DNA of 39,976 bases from Ministeria vibrans ATCC 50519 (taxonomy: Eukaryota > Protista > Filasterea). The notes under the pieces were generated by a model. It saw only the letters and a list, made by a program, of their open reading frames with translations, made no database searches and had not been told where the DNA came from. Positions 27,173-39,976 of the stretch are shown piece by piece; within the stretch, counting starts at the first letter, position 1; each line of letters starts with the position of its first letter. Location: the NCBI GenBank assembly GCA_943704425.1, contig CALSCP010001922.1, positions 1-39,976 of the forward strand, read 5' to 3'. The position numbers and the translations under genes were made by a program.

Positions 27173-27982
27173 ACTCTTTAGAGCTGCGATTGATGCGACC
27201 CGCAAGCCTTGGACGGTTCAACGACGTTCCTAAAAAGTCCCAAATGCACACATCGCGTCCGCCACTGCAAAAGAGACTGGGGCTAATGGCCGTCAGCGAC
27301 TTGACACCACCGCGGTGCTCGCTCAACGTGTGCAGACACACTCCCGCGTCAATGTCCCACAGACGAATGGACTTGTCAGAAGAGGCTGTGATGAGGACGT
27401 GCACGTTGCCCGAGTCCTGTTCGCGCACACTCACCAACAAAGCTGAAGGTTTAGACGAGAATGAGGACGTATTATAATATTAATGTAGAGTGAGAAAAAG
27501 GAGTGGCAAAGACATTCCAAGAGGCACCTGTGATGGGAAGAGTGTGGCCGGAGAGGACGTGGAGACAGCGGCCGGTACGGAAGCTCCAGACAATGGCATT
27601 GTGGTCGTCGGAGGAGGTTGCCATTCGCTTCTCATCGACAATGACAACGAGACGGACAATGTCCTACGCACAGGGCAGTAAGCACCCAGCCGTCTTCTCT
27701 TACGGTCGCATGGGACCCACGTGCACCTCGTACCGTGTGTCCCGCGAGCAGCTGGATGTCCGAGTAGGGATTGTAGGCGGAATTCTCAAGTTCGGCAACC
27801 CATTCAGTCTGGAACACGCGATATACGGAGAAGGCGCGTGTCAGCGCAGGCGAGACGGCCAAAGGGACGCGCGTGGGGGCAGGACATGGAGCAGGGGCGG
27901 ATTGAGGAAAGTGGATATGTTTGCGCACCTTGGGAGCCTCCTCGGCGGCAAGCCCAAAGGCGCGCCGGATGTTCTTGAACAT
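25601..27982 (-). CDS. WDR41: WD-repeat protein 41 (partner of C9orf72-SMCR8)
   Basis: NPYSDIQLLAGHT|DIVRLVV, HHRDVVRTLVRISDGLFASGSLDG, YLVAAVGNG and GELIGHS...SCGSDSLVILWK|DG resemble remembered WDR41 motifs; contains one inferred GC-AG intron. Confidence 0.82.
26993..27170. repeat. (GT)n/(CA)n microsatellite in a WDR41 intron
   Basis: Directly visible. Confidence 0.95.
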
Positions 27983-28286
27983 ACTATGCCGATGTAGCAG
28001 TGATGCCTAAAGAACGCGATCGGATACGAAAAAAAATGCTAACAATAAACAAGTTACAAGGCTCTACTCTCAAAAACAAGATTATAACAACGCAAAGAGC
28101 AGCGCAATCCTTCCGCCGTAGACTTCAAGGCGAAAATGTCCCGAAAGAAATCCATAGATCCACTGATACGCCCATGAGAAGAATGTACGGAGACACAGAT
28201 AGACAATATGATGATTAATGAGCCGATCAGATTTTCAATCAATTCACACTTTTTGTTCCGAATTTTCCCCACCACCCGACAACACT

Positions 28287-31260
<2,974 letters not shown>

Positions 31261-31344
31261 CCACACACATACACAGTCATAATTTTCATCTTATTAGCGG
31301 AAAAATGGTTTTTTTTCTTTTTTTATTATTCTATTCGACCTTGA

Positions 31345-32383
31345 TCAGACCTTGAGAGAGATCTTAAGGAAGTCGTCGTACGAGAGAGTAGCGTATCCCT
31401 GGCCCTGAGTGTCGCGCTGACGGAACTGCTCGCTGAGGTGACGCAGACGAATTGTGAGTGCGATAAAGTCGTCAAACGTGATATCGCCAAGGCCGCGCTT
31501 AGAGTATCGCTTGATAATGATGTTGCCCGCCTGTTGCGACACGTTGTAGCCAAAGCTTACAATGGCCTGCTGCAATTCAGAGGGATTGATGGTGCCGGAC
31601 CTATGATCAAGGAGGACACAATACTTAGTGCGTTGTTTTCTGGTGCTTGGGGTAAGTACTGGTCTCGGTCGTAGTAGAGGAATGTGGTCTTCCACTGCGT
31701 GAGCGACTGCCAAAGGCGCTGGAATTCGGGAAAGTTCATGGTTCCTAAGCGACGACACAAAAAAGGAAAGATGAGAGAGAGAGCGCGCGCGAGAGAGAGA
31801 GAGAGCGAGTCGGGGTGTTACACACATCACACACACACACACACCACACAAAGACACACACACACCACAAAGACACACACACACACCACAAAGACACACA
31901 CACACATACACACACAAAGACACACACACACACACAAAGACACACACACACACATACACACACACTCCCTCGCAACGCCAAACGCATACCGGAATGGTCG
32001 TCGTCCAGCATGCCAATCATCAGGCGGCAGGTCTCCAGGCTAAACTGCTTCTCACCGCAAAACCCCGAGCGGGAGATGCACTACAAAAGACGCAAGAGAG
32101 AGAGAGAGAGAGAGAGCGAGCGAACGTCGAGAGCGATACAGAAAAAAAAAAAAAAAAAGATCGGGTTTGAGTAATGTTGTCGGTGGGTAAAGAGGTCGCG
32201 TTACAGTCTGGAGCTCCTCGGCATCAATAACACCGTCGGCGCCCGCGACTTGCGTGAAGTAGGGCCACCTATGAGACGGAGAGAGTGAGACGAGAAAACG
32301 AAGCGAACTTATTTCCATTACATCGGGTCAACAGCACCCGGAGCGCCCACAGGGGGGCCAGCGTATCCAGCGGTGTAAGCCAT
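31345..32383 (-). CDS. Penta-EF-hand calcium-binding protein, sorcin/grancalcin-like (5 exons)
   Basis: MAYTAGYAGPPVGAPGAVDPMWPYFTQVAGADGVIDAEELQTCISRSG...[26 protein letters not shown]...DITFDDFIALTIRLRHLSEQFRQRDTQGQGYATLSYDDF closely follows sorcin. Confidence 0.9.
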
Positions 32384-32487
32384 TTTATCAATTGGTTCGA
32401 GAAAAAGAAAAGCAAAAAAAGGGACAGTCTGTTCTAACAAATAACAATCTAATTGCGGAATGAATAGATTACAGTCTGTCCTGTTCG

Positions 32488-35226
32488 TTAAGTCTCTTCA
32501 ATGTCAGCCAAGAAATCACCCTCGTCAAAGCTGCCGTCACTACTGGCAGGAGATTGACCCTCGAGATAATCCTCCTCGTCAATTCTTCTCCGCACACAAT
32601 CACCCTCGTCCTCATCGTTCTCCTCTTCGCTTCGTCTCCTCTTCATCCCTCGCGTCTCCTCCTCCTCCTCCTCCTTTTCCTTTTCGTCATCATCCACTTC
32701 CTCTTCTTCATCATCTTCTTCCTCATCGTCGTCGTCCAACTCTTCAAACTCGGCCCGCAAAGCATCAGCCTCAGTGATCGTTACAGCCGCCTCAATTGCG
32801 TTGCGCGGGAGCACAGTGTACTTCTACATACGTACCATCCATAAACAATAATCACTGGAAGACACTTGCCGTACCGGTACTCCGTCAAGCCAAAAAAGAG
32901 CCTCATCCATACGTTCACAGACGGCACAGCTGCGCTGGAGCCATTCTTTTGTCACAATATACACTTCCTAAACAGAGAGAGAGAGAGAGGTGTGTGTGTG
33001 TGTATGTGTGTGGGTCAGTCGGACGGACGGTCGGTCGATCATCCGTGTGTGATATTAACCTGTCTGCTCTGTGCATGGACGACCTTCTCAGTGCCAGCGC
33101 GTGCGGCAATGAGATGCGTGACGCTCGACGTGAACTGCGTATGGCACTGTGCACCATGAGCAAGTGCCATACGCCACAGCGGATGCTACACACACACACA
33201 CAGACACACGCAACTTTAAGCCAACGTGCTCTTATTAAAAAAGTGATACCTGAGTGGCGTCAGACTGCACTGGAATAATCCCGGAGAAGCACAGGTGGCA
33301 GTGCGCAAGTACTGCGCTGCGCTGTTTCGCGAGCACAGTGCCCACCCGCACGTCCGTCTCTCCTGCATCGTACGCCGCAAAGAATTCACTGTGTGTGCGC
33401 TCCAGAATCTTCTCAATGTCCTATAAGGGATGATCAATGCACAAATAGACATGTTTGAGTGGTATTGGCGATGTAAAATTCATAATATTGTCATGTATCG
33501 TGTTGTGCTGTACTTGAAGGTGCGTGTCTGTGTCGGAGGGCCGTGGAATGGCAAACACAATCAGAGGCACAATAAGCTGTTCAACCGTAAGCACAAGCGA
33601 ATGACTATATATATACACACACAATGACTCAATATCACAGGTGATTTTAAAGTCTTTTCTCTTCTACCCGTCTGGAAGGGACGTGCGATGGGCAATCCAG
33701 TCGCGTGCAAGTGCTACGGCATCCAACCACCGGTCCTCCTTGAGTCGTTCAACAATGCGTGTTGCCAGCTCACTATGGTTATGCACCTTTTCAACACGCA
33801 ATCGCTCTGTGCTTGCCTCCACTTCATCATTCGATGCATCTCCTTTTTTGCTCTCCTCAAGCAGAGCCTTCAGACGCGATTCCCCTTTCTCGTGCCATTG
33901 CTTGCGCTCTGCGTGTGTGGGGCCACGGAAAAAAAAGTAACGTTCCACTAGTACAAGACCTCCAAAGCCATTCCACACGTCAGGCGTATCGTCAATCACA
34001 CACACCATCTGGTCTCCTAATAGTGTGCATTTGTGAGAGACTTGTCATATGAAACCGTTGCACCTACCCGCTGGAAACAAGTGACGCATCTGCAGGTCCT
34101 TCTTGGAGCGATGGATGGCCTCGTCTGCGGTGATGATGCGCCCTTGGAAGAGTTTTCCCGTTGGATCAATGATACGCGCAACCTAATAGTGTGTTAAATT
34201 GAAGAGAGTGAGTGACACACAATTATCATGTGTTCAAGTTGTGACACACCTCCATTGCGTAAACACGCACTCCCGCGGTGAAAATGTGCAGTTCAAACTT
34301 CTCATTGAGCGCCTCAAGCATCGCACGCGCATCTATAACAATAACGGTTATAATTATTGGTAACATCGGTGCATAGCCTTCGTGGTGTTTTTCCCTTACG
34401 CGGTCGCACTTTAACAAAACTGTACTGTGGCGGGTCATAGAGCGCAATCAGGTGAAGATCGAGTGCGTCGCCCTCTCGCTCGCACCAGTTGCGCACCCAC
34501 GGATGGTTTGGCTCGGGGACTGTGTGAACCACAGTGTGATCAAGATCCACGACCAGGGTGAGACGACGCGTTGATATTTGTCGTTGCAGTTCCGACGTGC
34601 CCATCTCCACTGCCATCTACCAAGGGTGAGACGCTAGTCAGCATCCCTCCCAATAGAGCACAACAATGACACAAAAAACCAAAACAAAATAAAACGACCT
34701 ACTTCTTTGTTCATGCGAAGGGCCGGATTGTCGTGCAACACCATGAGACTTTCGGAGTCCTTCTTGACATCTCTGTCGCCAATGTCAGTCTCGCCTGCCC
34801 CTTCTTTGGTTGTGTCTGCACCACAAATGGTACACATGGGGCCCAGACGCATGTGGTGATCACACGTGAACCGAACGCGCGCCACGATGGCCCTACAATG
34901 AGAATGGACGCGTGAGGAAACAGTGCGTGCGCTCCATGTCAGCACTTTCATCGCCGAACCCTTGCACGACAGCGTCTCCTTCTGCCTTGAAAAGCTCCTC
35001 CACGGTTCCTAACAAGTCTATTTTCCATTTCACGTCCTTGGCGCGCCCTCCTCCACCTGAAATGGCGCAATAAAAGAGTCGATGAGAGCGAATGCGAACA
35101 CACCAAAAGCGAACCTGGTCTCGCAATTGAAAATACGACTTCATTCCTGCAACACTCCTGCCCCTGTGCCTTGTTTACTTTAGAAAGTGTCCCGGGACAG
35201 GGTGCCTGCAAGTCAATCGTTGGCAT
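32488..35226 (-). CDS. CTDP1: RNA polymerase II CTD phosphatase FCP1 (N-terminal domain, FCPH, BRCT, acidic tail)
   Basis: CDH..GPMCTICGAD, LVVDLDHTVVH (DxDxT), VKVRP, FELHIFTAG, IIDPTGKLF, VIDDTPDVW, BRCT FSGIIP...VTHLIAARAGTEKV...VTKEWL, D/E-rich C-terminus. Confidence 0.92.
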
Positions 35227-35306
35227 GGAATCTAAAAATTTATAAATTGTGAAATGAAGAACTAGTGAACTCGGCAGATAGTAAAGTGATGTGGAAGTGA
35301 TCAATC

Positions 35307-36992
35307 ATGAATCAAACAGTTTGTTACATGCTGCCGTCTGTGCTGGCCGTAGTACGGCGACTAGTGTACACTCTAGTGTTTCTAGGATCAATTCTTCTGA
35401 TCAATGATATCGTTCCGCTTCCATACATGGTACATCGCATCTTTGTGATCTCCGTGCTCTTCTCCTGACTCCCACGCCTTCTTTTTTTTGTCGCGCTGTA
35501 GGACGAGCCGTTCCATGTGGGCCAGGCACAGGCGTACTGTCGCGGGAATTGGTCTCATTGGGACCCGATGATCACAACTCCGCCCGGATTGTACGTTGCG
35601 TCGAATGCTCTTTTGCGACCGCTCATCGCAGTTGGGCTGGTCGACAGCGGCTGTTCGACCGTGGCATTGCGTGCCACCGTGTCTGCAATGTTTGTCGCCA
35701 GCGTGGCCGTCATCTACATGCTCCTGTCGCAGCGTGCGCAACAAGGGCCGTGTGCGCTCCTCATCGAGGCCATGGTCATCGCTGCCTTCCCGCTGCACTA
35801 CTTCTTCTCCTTTCTCTACTACACAGATGTGCTCTCGACTACACTCGTTCTCCTGTCTATTGGTCTGGCGCACCAGCATCGTCACCCAGTGCTCTCAGCC
35901 ACAGTGGGCGCCCTGGCCGTGTGTGTACGCCAAACCAATGTGGTCTGGGTGGCCTTTGCCGCCGCACTGCAGCTTCTGCCTCTCCTTCCCGCACGTCCCT
36001 CTCTCTTCCGCGACCCTATTCGTCTTCTTGTGAATCGACCACTCACAGTATTGCTGCGTCTTCTTCCACACGCTCTCGTCTGTCTTGTTTTTGTCTTCTT
36101 TGTCATTGCCAACAATGGAATCGTCTTAGGTGAGCCAAAGAGGCCCCTGTTTTTTTTGTTTTTTTTTGTTTTGTTTTGAATGTATCTTCTCTTGTGCTAC
36201 AGGCGATCGCAGTGCGCACCAAGCCGTCTTCCATCTTCCGCAGCTATTCTACTTTGCTCTCGTGTCGTGCGCCTTCCTCTTCCCCTACACATTCACCCCA
36301 AAAGCCCTTTTCTCCCTTGCACGTTCCGCACTACGGTACACACCTAAATATATTTTCCCCGCTCACTCATTCACCCACTGCACTCTGTCTATAGACACCC
36401 CTTTGTGAGTGTTGTGGCCATCACAGTCATCGCCCAGGCCATTCGGCTCTGGTCGTTTGCGCACCCGTATCTGCTCAGTGACAACCGTCACGTTCCTTTC
36501 ACTCTCTGGCGCCATCTTCACCTCCTCCACTCCCCTCACCTTCCTGTTGCCTTAGCTCCCGTTTATACCGTCGCCCTTGCCCGTCTCTACTCCCTCCTTC
36601 TGGCTGCCCCCCGCTCCTCCCACTGGCTCCTTCTCTTCGCCGCTGCCACGGCTTCCGTCCTTATCCCTGCCGGTACTCACGCGCACACATTCACTTCATC
36701 GCATCCTAACGTCTTTCTTTTCTTTCTCCTTTACAGGTCTTATTGAATTTCGCTACTTTGTCATTCCCTATCTTCTGCTACGGTCAGTGATTTCACTCCT
36801 TCCTTTCTCTCTCGCCAAGATCTGACACCTTCTACTTTTATTAGTGTATCACTTGTACCCTCCATGCGACAGCTTCTTGTCGAGCTGCTTCTCTATGTAT
36901 TCATCAACTCCGTCATGCTCTATCTCTTTCTCTGCCGTCCCTTTGTGTGGAGTCACGACCCCACTCAGTCCCTTCAGCGCATTATGTGGTGA
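35307..36992 (+). CDS. ALG10: Dol-P-Glc alpha-1,2-glucosyltransferase ALG10/DIE2
   Basis: VPLPYM|DEPFHVGQAQAYC, WDPMITTPPGLY, FLYYTDVLS, RQTNVVW, GIVLGDRSAH, HPYLLSDNRH, LIEFRYFVIPY, QRIMW*. Confidence 0.96.
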
Positions 36993-37175
36993 AATCACTC
37001 TCTCACACTGTTGTACTCCAAAAAGAAACCTTTCCATCACTTTCCTTTGAATCAATCAATTAGACTGCAAGAACACAGAATATCCTGCTCATCGAGTCAC
37101 GTTTTGCCATGAGTTATTAGTATTTCTGTTGATTGATTGTGTTACATGTTGTACAAAAAAAGAATTTCAGTCTGC

Positions 37176-37565
37176 TCAATCGCTCTCCTTCCGCTTGCTC
37201 TTTTTCGACTTCTTAGCCTTCTTCTTGGCCTGAACACTGTCGGTTGTCGATGCCTGCGTCGCTGCAGAAGGTGCCGGTGGGCTCAGAGACGCTCCACGCG
37301 ACGACGTGCTCGCGGCCAAACGCTTCTTCCTTTCGTCCACTCTGCGCGCTCTGAGACGCTTTGCCGCTTCGATCGCGACCGCCGGGCGCTGTGCAGGGTC
37401 TATTCCGGTCATGGACGCGTAGAGCGTGTCGAGCTGAAAGCAAACGGCGTCGCTTGGCAACAGTTTGCTCGGGGCCGACGACATGTCGTGAAGAAACACC
37501 GAAAGAAGATCGGAAATCTCGTCGGCGCTGGCCGAGCGCTTGCGAATCACTTCGGCAACGTCCAT
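37176..37565 (-). CDS. Small intronless protein (129 aa) with Lys-rich tail; possibly related to RNA Pol I subunit A14/Ker1
   Basis: ATG-started, GC-rich ORF between AT-rich flanks, occupying the expected divergent-gene slot; KKKAKKSKKSKRK tail. The family assignment is only pattern-level. Confidence 0.65.
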   Translation of the reverse strand: MDVAEVIRKRSASADEISDLLSVFLHDMSSAPSKLLPSDAVCFQLDTLYASMTGIDPAQRPAVAIEAAKRLRARRVDERKKRLAASTSSRGASLSPPAPSAATQASTTDSVQAKKKAKKSKKSKRKESD

Positions 37566-37660
37566 CTTGATCGTTGAGGAGAACAGAAGTATTAAAATTA
37601 ATTAATTTTTGATTTTACATATGCCACTTACTCGTGAGTCGCCATATAAGTCGCCAGACT

Positions 37661-37717
37661 TTAGACTCTTCACTCTTGAGTCTTGACTGAGTTGACTCTT
37701 GACTCTTGACTCTTGAG
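37661..37717. repeat. Degenerate 7-mer tandem (CTCTTGA-like) in a divergent promoter
   Basis: ttagactcttcactcttgagtcttgactgagttgactcttgactcttgactcttgag is directly visible. Confidence 0.75.
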
Positions 37718-37840
37718 AGAGAGAGAGAGGGAGAGAGATAGATGAGGTATTTTTAATAATAAGTCTCATTGTTTCACACACACAGTTTTTACTCACGTCT
37801 TTTTAGTTTTTAGTCATTATTTTTTGTCTAATGCAATGAG

Positions 37841-39199
37841 ATGACGAGTCGACCGACAAAGTGCGCACCGCTGGCTGTTGTGGTGCTTCTTAGCATCTTG
37901 GGTGTGCTGTATGTCGTGAAGGAGAGAGAGACGGCTCCGGTGCGCCAGTGGAGGTTTACAAGTGATCCTGCAAACCTGGTGAGTGTGTGTGTGTCTCTCT
38001 CTCACACTCTGTCTCCTATTCTGACACGCTCTGTCCACCTCTGAAACCACAATGCAGCCCACGGTGTTTGTCGTGACGCCTTCAAACCCTGGCGTGCTCC
38101 AGCTGGCGCACTTGACCCGCATGGCCTCGACACTTGTCGTTGCAGGAAACGTCCACTGGATTGTTGCAGAGGATGCCTTTGTACAGGTAGTATAGTTAAT
38201 TATACTAATTGTTTTATTTTGTGTGTGGGTTTTTTGCTCGATCCACACCCATTGCTTGTATTTTCAATGCTACATCACACAATTCAAACCACTAATAATT
38301 ATTGTCAATATATAACTCATCTCATTGTGTCTGCAGAGCGCGTCTGTCGCTGCGCTGCTACGGCGAAGTGGCCTCCGCTACACACACCTTGCCTCCAGGA
38401 GCGCCCTTGTGGTTACAGATGCGTCGATTCCGCGGTATAAGCATCCGCGAGGAGTGGACCAACGCAATGAAGCGATTATGTTCAGTACGAACCAAGCTTG
38501 AGAATGGTGCTAGAGACACAGTCCAACTGAAACATCAAAAACAGTTCGTCAGCATTTGCGTCCCTTGTCTGGCGCGGTACTGTTTGCAGACGATGACAAC
38601 ACATATGATCCTGAATTGTTTCATTTGATTGCGTAAGCAACAACAACACACACAAGAGTGAAAAAAATATGATAAAATAATACTATTAATGAAGGGAGAA
38701 AACGAAACGCGCAAGCACATGGCCTGTGGGTCTTGTGGGTGGACTATTATACGAGGTATGCTGCTACTTACCTGGCAGTGGAAAATAGAGAGTAAAAAGA
38801 AATAGGATTTGATCGTTCTTCCTAGGGAGTGAGTGAAGGAAAGTTTCGTGTTGAGTGGCACAAGGAACGACCGTTCCCCATTGACATGTGTGGTTTTGCA
38901 GTGCACGTGAGCGAGCTCCAAAGTGCGATACAAGCAAGTTTCCCATCCACTCGACTCATTTATTGTGTTTGATAGGGCGCGACAAGACTCCTCTGTTCTC
39001 AAGCGACTCTGCGCGCGGCATGCTTGAGTCGGACTTTCTCTCGCACATTGTCACGTCCAAAGACCAACTCGAAGTCATCGAGCCGACGCCCCAGCGTCTG
39101 CGCGTACTAGCCTGGCACACACGCAGTGAACCGCCTGAATTGGCGCGCGAAACTGACCTGCAACAGAGTGAGCCGCACTGGCCGCACTATTGGGTCTGA
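37841..39199 (+). CDS. Beta-1,3-glucuronosyltransferase (GT43; B3GAT3/GlcAT-I-like), type II membrane protein
   Basis: N-terminal TM; PTVFVVTP, LTRMASTL, HWIVAED, PRGVDQRNEA, VLFADDDNTYD, WPVGLVGG, RPFPIDMCGFAV, RGMLESDFL, VLAWHTRSE. Confidence 0.93.
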
Positions 39200-39329
39200 C
39201 AAGAGCAGAAGCAAAGGCTGTATAATATTTGAAACGTGTCTGTGTGTGTGTAATTCGTATAATTATTGTTGTGTTTTTTTCTTGTTGTTGTTGATATCAG
39301 TACGCCACCCTTTTCCACCTTGTGTTCTC

Positions 39330-39784
39330 TCAATCCCTTCGTGAGAAATCGTCAAATTTGATTCTCAAAGCAAACGCACAGTCTTTTAAGGCCTTCTCCG
39401 TCTTTCTGCATCGCTTGTATTCTGCAGAATCAGAGGATCAGGCTACAGTGGTACACTAACACCAATGGGGTACGCACCGTGGTTGCTGGCAGCAAGACAC
39501 TGCCACTGCTTTGTAAACTCCTCGTTGCAATTCAGTTTGAGTTGGTTGAAGCTGGACACAAATTATTGCATGTGATGATGGAAGTGTGTGAGAGGGCGAT
39601 TGTTTTCCTCTCCTGACGACACTTACAGAGTCAACGCACACTTGGTGACAGCAACACCCTCCGGCAGGCATTCTGATGCATCTGTAGCGCGGCGACACAG
39701 CATGAAATCGTCACAGGCGCCCTTGCATTCGGCGCTTAAAAACGGTGCGGCGGCCGCCAACACTGCCGACGTCGCCCTCAGCTC
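39330..39784 (-). CDS. NDUFA8: NADH dehydrogenase (complex I) subunit NDUFA8, 3' exons (first exon outside the window; 3' end approximate)
   Basis: Not in the supplied ORF track. Manual splicing gives ELRATSAVLAAAAPFLSAECKGACDDFMLCRRATDASECLPEGVAVTKCALTLFNQLKLNCNEEFTKQWQCLAASNHEYKRCRKTEKALKDC, the CX9C pattern of NDUFA8. Confidence 0.9.
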
Positions 39785-39910
39785 CTACGGTCGCGTAGCG
39801 AACGGAAGACGTCAATATCACACACTATTGCCAGCATATGGAAGGGTAAATGGGACAGGCGGCGGCCGATTGGACGCAATTGGAGCGAACAGAGAGAGAG
39901 AGAGAGACTA

Positions 39911-39912
<2 letters not shown>

Positions 39913-39973
<61 letters not shown>
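39913..39973. repeat. Poly-T tract following (AG)n, probably intronic in NDUFA8
   Basis: Directly visible. Confidence 0.9.
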
Positions 39974-39976
39974 CGA

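Noticed and set aside
28000-28218. 72-aa ORF in the WDR41/ARM spacer
   Set aside because: No recognisable motif, A-rich, and it fills a divergent promoter; probably chance.
38922-38975. Possible GC donor (GCAAGT) in the last B3GAT intron
   Set aside because: Wrong phase; the upstream GTGCGA donor restores the frame canonically.

Overview
Eukaryotic, very gene-dense nuclear DNA with short GT-AG spliceosomal introns (mostly about 50-400 nt), microsatellite-filled introns and two assembly gaps (8216-8432, 13736-13744). The gene content looks like a unicellular opisthokont, probably a holozoan (sorcin-type penta-EF-hand, WDR41, B3GAT-type GT43), but the species cannot be fixed from sequence alone. 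Manual splicing gives 20 protein genes in order: multipass membrane protein (3' part, +), MRPL34 (-), MOB1 (+), ER FKBP (-), COG1 (-), SmG (+, middle exon missing, probably in the gap), HYI (-), MTIF2 (+), DDX11 (-), PPOX (+), UFD1 (-), VPS33 (+), WDR41 (-), ARM-repeat protein (+), sorcin-like (-), FCP1/CTDP1 (-), ALG10 (+), a small lysine-tailed orphan resembling Pol I subunit A14 (-), B3GAT-like (+) and NDUFA8 (3' part, -). The main unexplained element is a ~290-nt, extensively base-paired, GC-rich segment in MOB1 intron 1 whose helix order resembles RNase P/MRP RNA. Other oddities: an apparent frameshift in DDX11, a GC-AG intron in WDR41, a possible insertion with a 9-bp direct repeat in the UFD1/VPS33 promoter, a recurrent intronic CTATCACTTTG motif, and near-strict alternation of gene strands. 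All homology calls are by eye from remembered family motifs; no searches were run.
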